Positions 12,999 through 24,504 of a stretch of 64,000 nt of DNA are shown in pieces (position 1 is the first letter of the stretch; each line of letters opens with the position of its first letter). Below the pieces are notes generated by a model that saw nothing but the letters and a program-made list of their open reading frames with translations, did not search any database and was not told where the DNA came from. The position numbers and the translations under genes were made by a program. Location of the stretch: positions 135,720,001 through 135,784,000 of the forward strand of contig NW_024704742.1 in NCBI RefSeq assembly GCF_018977255.1, given 5' to 3'. The stretch comes from Callorhinchus milii (lineage: Eukaryota).

Positions 12999-15933
12999 AA
13001 AGGAACAATCTCTCAGAACATCTTGCGAGGATTTCACAAAATACTTTGCACTGTCGGGATTACGGAGGGTGGGGGGCAGTGGGGGGAGACAGGGTCTTGC
13101 ATTAAGGGACAGACACAGAATAGCGAGATTTCTCCCCTCCCTCCCTCCTCCGAACGCTCCCACCCTTAAAACCACAATAAATACGATGTTAGGAACTATC
13201 TCTCAGAACATCTTGAGAGGATCTCACGAAACACTTTCTCCCAACCACAGAAACAGTGTCAGTTATTTCGGTTAGTTGGGAAATGTTAACTTTTCGCTTT
13301 GCAACAGGTTCATTGCAGAATGTGTGGGGCCCGTCGGGAGGACGTCTCGAAGAGTTTCACAGGATATTATTATATAGTAATATTAATAACCTTGCATTGA
13401 TATAGCGCCTAATCACGTTGTTGAGACATCTCAAAGCGCTTCACAGAATATACTCTAAAGTGAATTGATTACATTTTGTGGGAGAAACACAGCAGCGACC
13501 CACAAATAGTCGTGGATTGAGTAATCAAATTAGTATTATAATTATTTGTTTTTGAAGGGATTATTACCTCTGGAAAAGTGATTCACCAATTGACTAACTA
13601 CCGGGTTCTTACTTACTGCTAGATAAACAAGAGGTAATGGTTAATTTGTCCTCAAAACATCCCCAGTGTGACATGAATGACTTACAACAACCAAGATCAG
13701 GAAAACGCTCCAGTAATATTTTCAAAATAGATTAAAATGATCCTCATTAGCAAAGGTTTACAGGAAAAATCCTCATAGCGCCTTCTCACGTCGTAGAAAA
13801 GTCTCAAATAAAAATATTATTGAATCCCGTTGTTAGTCGAATGGCGGATCACTTTCCTGGGGTAATAGTCTCTTTAAAAAGAATGCAGTCACTAAATGCG
13901 CGACTCCCAACAACGTGGGATACCGTTGTGTGCAATTGTCTGCCACATTTCACCCACCAAATAAAGTCAATTCACTTCACAATGCTGTGAAGCGCTTTCA
14001 GACGTCTCAACAACGTGATAAGGCGCTATTTTGAAATGCAAGGATTATTATCATTACTCCTCTATTCACGGGATATTTTTGTTGTACACAGTAACGTGCC
14101 CTCCAGGGAGAGAGAGAAAGAGAGAGTGCATATCCATTCTGCCTGGCTGTAGGTATTGCCTTCCTCCAAACTGTGCACACAGCGAAGCTGCCGATAGGCG
14201 AGAGGGAGGTTGTGCAAGCCTGCGGTCTGATTCCCCGATCGTGTTTCGTAACATTATAGAGCCCCCTTGTAGTGAGAGAGTTCCTCTTCTGCAACTCAAG
14301 AGATTTTGAAATCCAGGAACGAAACCTCGTTGCTTCCTTGGCTGACCAAAAAAAAAAAAACATAAAGTGCGGTGACTTGTGTGTGTTTTGTAGGTGATTT
14401 GCACGCCAACAGCCAGGAAACTAGTGACTAATTTTAGCTGGAGAGAGAGAGAGAGAGAGAAAAACTCCCTTCTCTTTTTGAATACATTTGGAATTCATGC
14501 TTTATATTGATGTAAAAATTTTGTCACATCATAGCATTTCTTGTGGGGAGAGAGTTCCTCTACTGTAACCCAAGAGATTTTGAAATCCAGGAACCTCGTT
14601 GCTTCTTTATTTCTTACTGCAGCAATTATCCTGACAATCGTCCCGGTTTCCCCATTTCCCACTCCGCCTCATTATTGCCCCCTTCCCCCCCACCCTTCCC
14701 ATTTTTCTTGTGCTCTTAATCACCGTGTTATGATTGCAAAGTTTCAGCTCTTTTTTTTTGGGGGGGGGGGGTCTATCGCGTGCCGTGTGCTAACCATGTG
14801 TAAACTACACGCCATTAGGGAATAATACAAATAAGGCTCACATCTCACAGAGCATCTGTGTGGAATCCTGCGGCGTAGTGGTTAGCCCGCTCGCCTCGGA
14901 AGTTGGAGGACCCGGGTTCGATTCCCGGGCAGGGCAAAACCTTAGGGAAATTTCCTTATTCCACACGTTCTGTTTGCCTAGCAGTAAGTAAGAACTCAGT
15001 TGTTGGTCGTTTGCTGGATCGTTTTCTGGGGGGGTAACAATTCCTCAAAAAAAAATGTGGTCAATCTACCCACGACTGTTTGTGGGACACTGCTGTGCGC
15101 AATTGACTGCCATGTTTTGCCCATAAAATTAATTATATATGCTCATTTATTTTGCCCACAAAATATACAGTCAATTCACTTTACAGTATATTCTGTGAAG
15201 CACTTTCAGACACCACAACAACTTGATAATCCACTATATTAAATGCAAGGATTATTATTATTCCTATTGTTATATATATATTGTCACAGTGCCATCCTTC
15301 AGATGAAATGTTAAACTGAAGTTCTGATGGGCTCTGTCCAGGTGACATTCACTTTATCTGTGAAGCACTTTTTTTTGAGAAATGTTTTACCATTATAGAT
15401 AATAATCATAGTTGCATTTGATATAGCGCCTTATCACGTTTTCAAGACATCTCAAAGTGCTTCACAAGATATACTGTGAAATGAATTGGCGTATATATTT
15501 TGTAGGCGAAACGCGGCAGCCAATTGTGAACAGCATCGTTCCCCCAACAGTCGTGGATTGAGTGACCAAATTATTCTTATTTTTTAAAAATAATTTTTGA
15601 AAGGATTGTTCCTGCCGGAAAAGCGATCCGTCAATTGACTAACAATTGGGCTCCTACTTACTGCTAGGTGAACAGACGTGTGGAGTAAAGAAACTTGCCG
15701 AAGGTTTCGCCCTGTCTGGAAAATCAGAAAGTAATGATACAAATACAATACAAAATTACATTTGTAAAGCGCCTTTCATGTCGGGAGAACGTCCCAAGCT
15801 GCTGAACGGTCAGGCATTAGGAACCGCGTGGGGGTGAGGGAAAGGTTGGGATCAGGGAGGGTGGAGGGCAGAGAGGGTGGCTGAAGGCGGTCAAAGCGGA
15901 GGGTCTTGAGGAGTGCCTTGAAGGAGGCAAGGG

Positions 15934-17151
15934 TGTAAATAATTCGACAGACGGTGGTAAGAGTATAGAGTTTATTGAATTCCTCTAGAATCGCCCTTCA
16001 GATATAGCTGATCCTCACAGTATTTTGCTGACAGTACTTTAGTACTGACGATACAGGGATCAGACTGAACAGTAGACCCGGGATCGCACTTGACATACAC
16101 TGGGAGGGATCACAGAATCACAGAGAGCAGCTCCTGGAAACCCAAAAGAATCAATCAATCAGCTCTTAGCCCAGCACCTCACCCACACTGTCTAACCTGA
16201 CTTCTGTGTTTCTAACGGACCAACCGCTAGTACTGTTATTACGTCTACGCCAAGCAGACAGAGCCGAAAACATATTACCCTCTTTCACGTTTAATGGTTG
16301 CTTTCTTACCGGAGTTAAATTCTCTCACCCCTGTACATGTACATAGATGCAGTCTATTGATATTGATTCCACTGGGAAATAATAATAATAATAATAATAA
16401 TCCTTGCATTTGATATAGCGCTTTTCACGTCGGGAGGACGTCCCAAAGCGCTTCACAGAACATACTGTAAAGTGAATTGACTGTATATTTGTGGGCGAAC
16501 GCGGCAGCCAATTGCGCACAGCAATGTCCCACAAACAGTCGTAGATTGAAAATGACCAATTTATTATTGTTTTTGTTTTTGGAGGGATTATTATTAGGCT
16601 CTGTGTGGAGTAAGGAAACTTGCCCAAGGTTTCGCCCTGCCTGGAATTGAACTCAGGTCTCTCACTTGCAAAGCGAGTGCTCTAACCACTGAGCTACAGG
16701 ACTCCACGGGCTGACCCGGAAATGCGCTGACCCTCTACACAACACCCAACTATTTAAAAATTACATCTTTCATTCATGTGTTTCTAACTCCAACCCCTTG
16801 TCACAGAGATAGCCCCCACCCTTCGCAGGTCGCTAGGGATCTTTGAGTAGGGAAAATATCTGATAAGGGGAAAAAGATATGGACAACTTCTGGGCAGCCT
16901 TCCACAGCCGGTTTGTTTCTCAGCCTTGAGATAAGCAGATATCTAAGGCTGTACCTGTTTCTTTCTGTGGTCCATTGTTCTTACATCTACACTCAAGAAC
17001 CCGATTGATCATTATCTCATGGGAGTAAACATGTTCCCAGGAAAATATTAAATGTAATCAGAAGCTAACCTCAGCCCGTCCAGCAAAGCTACCTTTAACC
17101 ATTTAACCATCAGTTGCTGTTTGAAACATACCAAGGCATCCTGAGGTGACA
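15934..17151 (-). mobile_element. LTR-like element (solo LTR?) interrupting an L2, carrying a nested SINE
   Basis: TGT...ACA termini, AATAAA on the minus strand at 15971-15976, L2 sequence on both flanks, partial second copy at about 18410-18965. No clean TSD. Confidence 0.5.
16379..16705 (-). mobile_element. Young tRNA-derived SINE (Deu-like body, L2-type tail)
   Basis: GGAGTCCTGTAGCTCAGTGGTTAGAGCACTCGC...AAATGCAAGG(ATT)n; absent from the 18410-18965 copy of the host element. Confidence 0.9.
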
Positions 17152-17690
17152 GTGGGTAGAGCGAGAGGACAGGTTGATACGGGGCCAGCTGGTCGGAGAG
17201 GTAGGAAGAGGCAAGGCTATGGAGGGCCTTGCAGGTAAGGACGAGAATTTTGGCGAGGTTGGGGGTATGGGGTCACGGAGCCTGGTGCGGGAGAGCTGCA
17301 GATTTCTGGATGATCTGCAGCTTGTGGAAGAAGGAGTTAGGAAGATCGACAAGCAGAGAGTTGGCATAGTCAACCTGGTTCTAATGAAGTCAAGTATGAG
17401 CGTTTCGGTGGCGTATGAGGGGTGAGGCAGTGGCGGAGTCGGGCAATGTTGCGGAGGTGGGGCAAGACAGAGCGGGTCATGGCACTGATGTGAGGGAGAA
17501 AGGACAGTTGAGGGTCGAATAAGACGTCTAGGTTCCTGACTTGGTGAGGTGGAGTGTGCATCCGTGGATGCTGATGCTGTCAGTGCCTGAGGTGCGGAGG
17601 CGCTGGCGCGAGCCAATCGGGGGGGCCTCAGTCCTGCTGAGGTTCAACTGTAGAAAGGTGTCTCTCATCCAGGACTTGATATCTGACCAT
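17152..17690 (-). mobile_element. L2 LINE fragment (continues 15750-15933)
   Basis: VRNLDVLFDPQLSFLPHISAMTRS...LRNIARLRHCLT. Confidence 0.85.
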
Positions 17691-18409
17691 CAGTTTTTAA
17701 TAATAATAATAAAAATAATAATCCTTGCATTTGACATAGCACCTTATCAAGTTGTTATGACGTCTCAAAGCGCTTCACAGAATATATTGTAAAGTGGAGT
17801 GACCATCTATATTATGGGCAGAAATATCTTTATGATTTCCACTCCACAAGCTGCACCCACCCCTTGCACATTGAGTTATCTATCCTCCTGACGTAAGAGG
17901 TGATATATTAATATAAATTCAGTTGCTTTTCCTCCTACATTTTTGCTTCCTTGTCATACCCACTCTTTATCTAAATGACCCACTTATCTAATCTATTGCA
18001 ACCATTCCCAGATTGTTATTGGTGCTCAGTTTCTAGTTTCGTGTCCTTCCGAAGGATATGTTTGTTTGATTTCTGTCATCACTTGTGAGAACGAGTTACA
18101 TACTCTCTGTGAAAGCCCTCTGATTACTTCTAATCTCACCCCTAATAATAACAAAAATAATAAACCTCGCAAGCAAGAGGACCTGGGTTCGATTCCCGAG
18201 AGGGTGAAATATTGGGCAAGTTTCCTTACTCCGCCTGCCTCTGTTTGTTTACCTAGCAGTAAGTAGGAACCCGATTGTTAGTCGATTGGCGGATTGCTTT
18301 TCCGGGGCTAATAATTCCTTCGAAAAATAATAATAATAAATTGGTTACTTCAATCCACGACTGTTTGTAGGACACTGCTTGCGGAATTGGTTGCCCTCGT
18401 TTCAGTAAC

Positions 18410-18965
18410 CACCACTTACTTCCCTGCCTGTAAACAGAAGAACTGAAAACATATTACCCACTATTCCTCCTCTTTACCTTTTAATGGTCACTTTCTTACT
18501 GTAGGTAAATTCCCTCACCCCTGTACATATGCATAGATACAGTTGAATCGATATGGATTGCACTGGGAAGTGGGCTAACCCTCCACACAACTCCCAACTA
18601 TTCCAGAGTTACATCTTTCTTTCATGTGTTTCTAACTCCAACCCCTTGTCACAGAGATAGCACCCAACCTTTGCACACAGAGAGAGAGATGGACAACTTC
18701 TGGGCAGTCTTCCACAGCCTTGAGATAGGCAGGTGTCTGAGGTTTCAGGCTTTCCTATCTGTGGTCCATTGTTCTTAGATTTATGTTGAAGGATCTGACT
18801 GCTCATTATCTCAGAGGGAGTGAACATCTTCCCAGGTAAATATAAGATATAATCAGAAGCTAATCACAGCCCGTCCAGCAAAGCTACTTTTAACCATTTA
18901 ACGATCAAACCTTCTGGAACATTCGGTTGCTGTTTGAAATATGCCACTGTATCCTGAGGTGATAG
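18410..18965 (-). repeat. Partial second copy of the 15934-17151 LTR-like element
   Basis: Shares long blocks such as TTCATGTGTTTCTAACTCCAACCCCTTGTCACAGAGATAGC and CCCGTCCAGCAAAGCTAC. Confidence 0.85.
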
Positions 18966-19119
18966 TCAATATATTTCAACAACTACTTACATTTTTAGGA
19001 TGCTCTTAGGTTACCTCTAGCGCATCCCTCTGTACCCTTACTTCAGTCAGTTTCGGGTGTGCTCGTGGGCTACCCCAGCGAGTGCCCTTTGAGCAGTTTG
19101 TGCTGGAGTGGCTCCTACC

Positions 19120-20810
19120 GGGGTTAGGTCCCATCTCCCATCTGGCCTTTGCCGCGGTTGAGTTGAACTTCAGCCTGTCTCTCAGGGTATAGCCCCTGAT
19201 CCTAGCGTGCGCGGGCCTGAAGAAGGCCCTCACCATCCCCTGGTTCTGCCAGAAGAACACCTGGTTTCGGGAGTGCCAAAGGTGCTTCTTTACCGAGTTC
19301 ATGAACCTCCAGGCTCACTCCATGTGGGTTTCGCTGGGAGTGAACAGCACCGAGACAGCCGTGACAGCCGGTCCCCAGGGACAAACCGCGAGAGAATCCA
19401 TTCCATCTTTTTCCAAACCGCCTTCGCCAAACAATACTCCAGAAAGAGGTGGTCCAAGGTCTCCGGGCCTCTGCAACCGGCCCGAGGGCAATGTGCTGAC
19501 TGACCCAGACCTCGACAGTGCATGAAAGCGCTGAGGGGGAGGCCCCATTTTATCGGCAGCCGGACCATGTCCTGATGGTTGTTGGTCAGGGCCGGTGATG
19601 AGGCGTTTTACCAGACATAGTTGGCTGTCGCCACAAGGTATCTCCCGATCAGGTCTGCCCTCTCCCCCTTTCGAACTGTTTTGATTCCCTGCCATGCAGC
19701 TGCTCGGTGATTGCGCAGGGAGCTGGGATGGTGTTCTTCAGGAATTTCTCAGCATAAGATAGGTGGGTCAGGATGCTTCAACTGCATGGAACATTTCGAG
19801 GCAGTTCTGCCAGACCCACCCTTCTTATCACCGGGTACAAGCAAGAAACCCAGCACATAGCGGCATTTATTGCCTCGGTAGCGGGGCTCCAGGCACAGCG
19901 TCAGGCGGCTACATTCTGTGAAAACCATCCACCTTGGACCCCAAGATCAGTTGGACGACCTCTCTGGTGACTGTGGTTCTCTTTGACTTCTCTCTGGTGA
20001 CTTCTCTTTGACCGTGCCTTCAGCTCCCCTCTCGACTCTCTTCCTCCTCCTCGCTCCCTCCCTTCCCTCCCCTCACCCTGACCATTTCCCCCCTCCTCTC
20101 CCTCCCTTCCCTCCCCTCACCCTGACCATTTCCCCCTGCTCGGGTCATGACCCAACTGTGCAGCGCCTTGGGACGTCCTCCTGACGTGAAAGGCGCTCTA
20201 TAAATGGAATCTTGTTGTTGTTGTTGTTGTTGTGGTGGCATTGTCCCTGGTCAAAGGCCAGACTTGGGCCACGTACAGCAACACCAAGATGGCCTCACAC
20301 TTTATCAGCAGATTTTTCCTGGTGATGTACAGCGAGCGCTGGCACCAGATTCTTCCTCACTGTGCTAAATGCTCCTCACAGGTTTTTTGGCAACGCCTCA
20401 GTGGCCCAAAACCAGAAGCCGAGGACTTTGATGTGGTCTGGCTTCACCACAAAAGGTATGTGATTGCATTCTTTCCAGTCTCCAAAACACATCACCTCAC
20501 TCTTCTCTTCTAATGGTTGCCCTCGGCTCCCGAGGCTTATTCAAACCAGTTGCAAATGCCTAGCAGGCTCGAGACCGATCAGCCATATACAGGGATGCCT
20601 TGGCTTGTGTGTCATGGCTGCCCGGGATGATGACACCTCTGATGCTCTCATCCCTCCTGATGGCCTGGGCAAAGGGTTCGATGCAGCAGACAAACAAGAT
20701 GGAGGATAGGGGATAGCCCTGCCTTACCACCGACCTGATGCGGAACGGCTCAGTCTCATACCCGTTGACTGTGACTGCGCTACAGAGGTCTGTGTAATAA
20801 CAATGAAGAT
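19120..20810 (-). mobile_element. Tx1/L1-clade LINE relic (RT and zf-RVT), interrupted by an L2 tail at 20003-20232
   Basis: Minus-strand SAVTVNGYETEPFRIRSVVRQGYPLSSILFVCCIEPL, SLYMAD, and the C-terminal CPRAGCRGPETLDHLFLEYCLAKAVW zinc knuckle; many frameshifts. Confidence 0.8.
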
Positions 20811-20964
20811 ATTGCTGTCTTAATTGCCGGGAGGGCGCTATATAAATCCAAGTTATTGTTGTTGTTGTATATTGAGGGGATATTGGGACGTCCTCCCGAC
20901 GTGTAAGGTGCTATACAAATGTAATGTTGTTGTTGGAGCTTCCTCCTTTGACTCATCAGAATGC

Positions 20965-21325
20965 CCCCTACCTACCTGCCCGTACCCTCCGTTCCTCTGG
21001 CTCCGGTCTGCTCCACATCCCCCGCCCCAACCGCCCTACCATCGGTGGCCGGGCCTTCAGCCTCTCAGCCCCTAGGCTCTGGAACTCTATCCCCCAGTGC
21101 CTTCGCCTTTCCTCCTGCCTTTCCTCCTTCAAGGCCGGTCTCAAGACCTTTCTCTTTGACCGTGCTTTCAGCTCCCCTCTCGACTCTCTACCCCCTCCTC
21201 GCTCCCTCCCTTCCCTCCCCTCACCCTGACCATTTCCCCCTGCTCGGGTCCTGACCCAACTGTACAGCGCCTTGGGACGTCCTCCCGACGTGAAAGGCGC
21301 TCAGTAAATGGAATCTTGTTGTTGT
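20965..21325 (+). mobile_element. Young L2 3' fragment
   Basis: PARTLRSSGSGLLHIPR...[18 protein letters not shown]...FKAGLKTFLFDRAF plus tail. Confidence 0.9.
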
Positions 21326-21719
21326 AACTACCATTCCAGCAATTATTCACAGATTCCGGGCCTCAATTACCTTTCCTGGCATTCCTCATCCATCTGTATG
21401 AAGTAATAAAATACAGTCACACTTGCAAAATACACAATCACTCCACTTTACAGTTTATTACACTATATCCTTGAAGCACTTTGAGGGGTTTTCCGGATGT
21501 GAAACAACAACAACTTGCAACAACATCTTTCAACTTATATAGAGGCCTCCACACAAGGGTCTCAGGGCGCTTGAGTGAAAGGCATTATACCAAATGTAAG
21601 GATTATTATTTATTAAGTTGGCTAGTGTTAGCCACTATTCTGTAAAGCGTTTTGAGATATCTCAGTGACGTGATAAGGCGTTATATCACATGCAAGAATT
21701 ATTATCATTATAATAACTT

Positions 21720-22512
21720 TATCCTGTTAACTTAGTGCTGTGGGGAAGGGTTTAAACTAATTTCGAGGGGGAAGGGAATCAGGATGTAACATTAGAGAGG
21801 ATAAACAATTTACATAGAGGGCTGGAAGAGACAAATAGTAGGAATGGGAGCTGAATATTCCTGGCTACAACGTATTCAGGAAGGATAGGGAAGGAACAAA
21901 AGGAGGGGGGATTGGCAATATTGATTAAAAATACGGTTAAGATCCTGGAAAAGGACGATGGGTCCAAAAACAGAATCTATTTGGTTAGAGTTAAAGAGCA
22001 GAAAATGAGCTGTTACTCTGTTAGGTGTGTACTATAGACCACCAAATAGTAGGAAGGAGATAGACGAGCAAATCTGCAAGCAGGTTTCAGAAAGATTCAA
22101 AACCAATAGAGTCGTGATAATGGGGGAACTTCAATGATCCTAACATAGACTGGCAAAATAACAGTGTAAAGGGCAAGGAGGGGGAAGGATTCCTGAAATC
22201 TGTGCAGGAAAACTATCTGGATCAGTATATTTCCAGCCCAACAAGGAAGGAAGCAGTGCTGGATCTAGTTCTAGGGAATAAAGTGGAGCATGTGGAGCAG
22301 GTTTCAGTAGGAGAGCGTCTGGACACCAGTGAAATGGGCAAGGAACAATCAAAGGTGAAGAAACTCAACTGGAAGAGGTTAATTTCAATGAGTTATAAAG
22401 GGATCTAGCCAAGGCAGACTGGAAAGAAAGATTGGCAGCTAATGAGCAATGGGAAGCCTTCAAGGAGGAGATAGTTCGGGGACAGAATAAATACATTCCC
22501 ACAAAGGGGAAT
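21720..22512 (+). mobile_element. CR1 ORF1-end/ORF2 endonuclease fragment
   Basis: GWELNIPGY..RKDR-like, GVYYRPPNS and ENYLDQYISSPTRKEAVLDLVLGN motifs. Confidence 0.85.
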
Positions 22513-22516
22513 CTTC

Positions 22517-23290
22517 TAACCTAACTCCATCTGCCCGCCTTAACCCCACCTCCTTTAATCCCTCTATCGTTTGGAAATCTATCAATCTCAGTCTTGAGTA
22601 TGTTCAAGAACTGAGCATCTACTGCCTTCTGGGGTAGAGAATTCCATAAATTCACTACCCTCTGAGTGAAGAAGTGTTTCCTCAATTCTATTCTAAAGGG
22701 CTGTCCCTTAATCTTAAGACCCCTAGCTATAGATTCTCCCACCAGGGGAAACAGTCTCACACTGTCTATTCTGTCAGGCCCCCTAAGAATCTTATATGTT
22801 TCTATAAGATCACCCCTAATTTTTCTATATTCTAGAGAATATAGGCCTAGTTTACTCAACTTATCCTCATAGGTCAACCCCCTCATTCCAGGAACTAACT
22901 TAGTTAATCTACGCTGCACCCTCTCTAAAGCGAGTATATCCTTTCTCAAATAAGGAGACCAATCTGAACGCAATATTCTAGGTGCGGTCTCACCAAGCTC
23001 CTATACAGTTGCAGCAAATCTTCCCTACTCTTGTATTCTAACCCTACTCTTGTATTCTAACCATCAGCCTTCCTGGTTGCTTGCCGTACCTGCATACTAA
23101 CTTTTTGTGACTGGTGTACAAAGACATCCAAATCCCTCTGAAACACTAAAGCTATCTAGTCTCTCCCCCCCTAGAAAATAATCTGCTTTTCTGTTTTACT
23201 ACCGAGGTGAATAATTTCACACTTCCCCACATTATATTCCATCTGCCACCTTCTTGCCTACTCACCTAGCCTGTCTATATCCTTTTGCAA
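22517..23290 (-). mobile_element. CR1 ORF2 3' fragment
   Basis: WSPYLRKDILALERVQRR...RGDLIETYKIL...FFTQRVVNLWNSLP. Confidence 0.9.
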
Positions 23291-24029
23291 GTTTCCTTAC
23301 TCTACACGCCTCTGTTTACCCAGCAATAAGTAGGAACCTGGTCGTCGGTCAATTGGCAGATCGCCTTTCTGCGGGTAATAATCCGTTCAAAAAAAAATAA
23401 TAGAAAGATGTGGTCACTCAATAAACAGTTTATGGGACACGGTTGTGCGCAATTGGCTGGCATGTATCGCCCACAAAATATACAATCAATTCACTTTACA
23501 CAACTTGACTCTGAGGCGAGACACAAGAGAATTTAAGCAGCTATAGCATTCAACTATATTTGTGATCTAAAAAGTACTGCACCACTTCTGTCGTTCTGAT
23601 TCATCGGGTCTCTTGGATTTTCCTTCACTAATATTATAAAGTTATCAGTTTTGAGAGGAGCTGGGTCACTTATTAATTACCCTTTCTCGGGCGTATGAGG
23701 GAAGGAGAATGAAGTCTGTTCCTATAATCACCTCTGGGCAAGTTTCCTTACTCCACAGGCCCGATAATATCGCCCTATATCAAATGCAAGAAAAAAACAA
23801 TAATAAAGTGGTCACTTCAATCCACGGCTGTTTGTGGGGCACAACTGTGCGTAATTAGCTGCCACGTTTCGCCCACAAATATACAGTCAATTCACTTTAC
23901 AGTTTATTCTGTGAGACGCTTTGAGATGTCTTTAACTTTAATGGGTCTTCGGTTTCATGTCTCATCCGAAGGACGGCACCTCTCACAATGCAGTGATTCC
24001 CCCAGCACAGTATTGGATTGTCACATATT

Positions 24030-24312
24030 AACATATACAGAGAGAGAAACATATAGAGAGATACACACACATCCACACACAGACACGGACAGAGAGAGAG
24101 AGGAGCACACAGCACACACACACATACATACATACACACGTACATATAGACACAAACAAGGAGCGACATATATAGGAGACAACATACATCCACACACAGT
24201 CAAGGACAGAGAGAGACATGCACACATACACTCACATACACATCAAAAGACAAGCACGCAGACAGACACGGGGGTACACAGACAGAGTAGACATAGAAAC
24301 AAGCACAGACAC
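24030..24312. repeat. Degenerate (CA)/(GA) microsatellite
   Basis: Direct inspection. Confidence 0.9.
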
Positions 24313-24504
24313 CTCGTATCCCGAATACAATGGGTTTGGTTGTCTGTAGGTGCTGAAACGTGTCCACATGGATAAGGAAAAAGAGTTAAGATAGCATCAG
24401 ACAATGTTATTTATGATCTATAAATATTTATACAATCCTGTAACCATGCGTCTCTGACCAGGTGCACCTCATTTATTTACCATCAGAGATACACCCACAT
24501 CAGA

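Noticed and set aside
23897..24375. His/Thr- and Cys/Val-rich ORFs
   Set aside because: (CA)n microsatellite translations.
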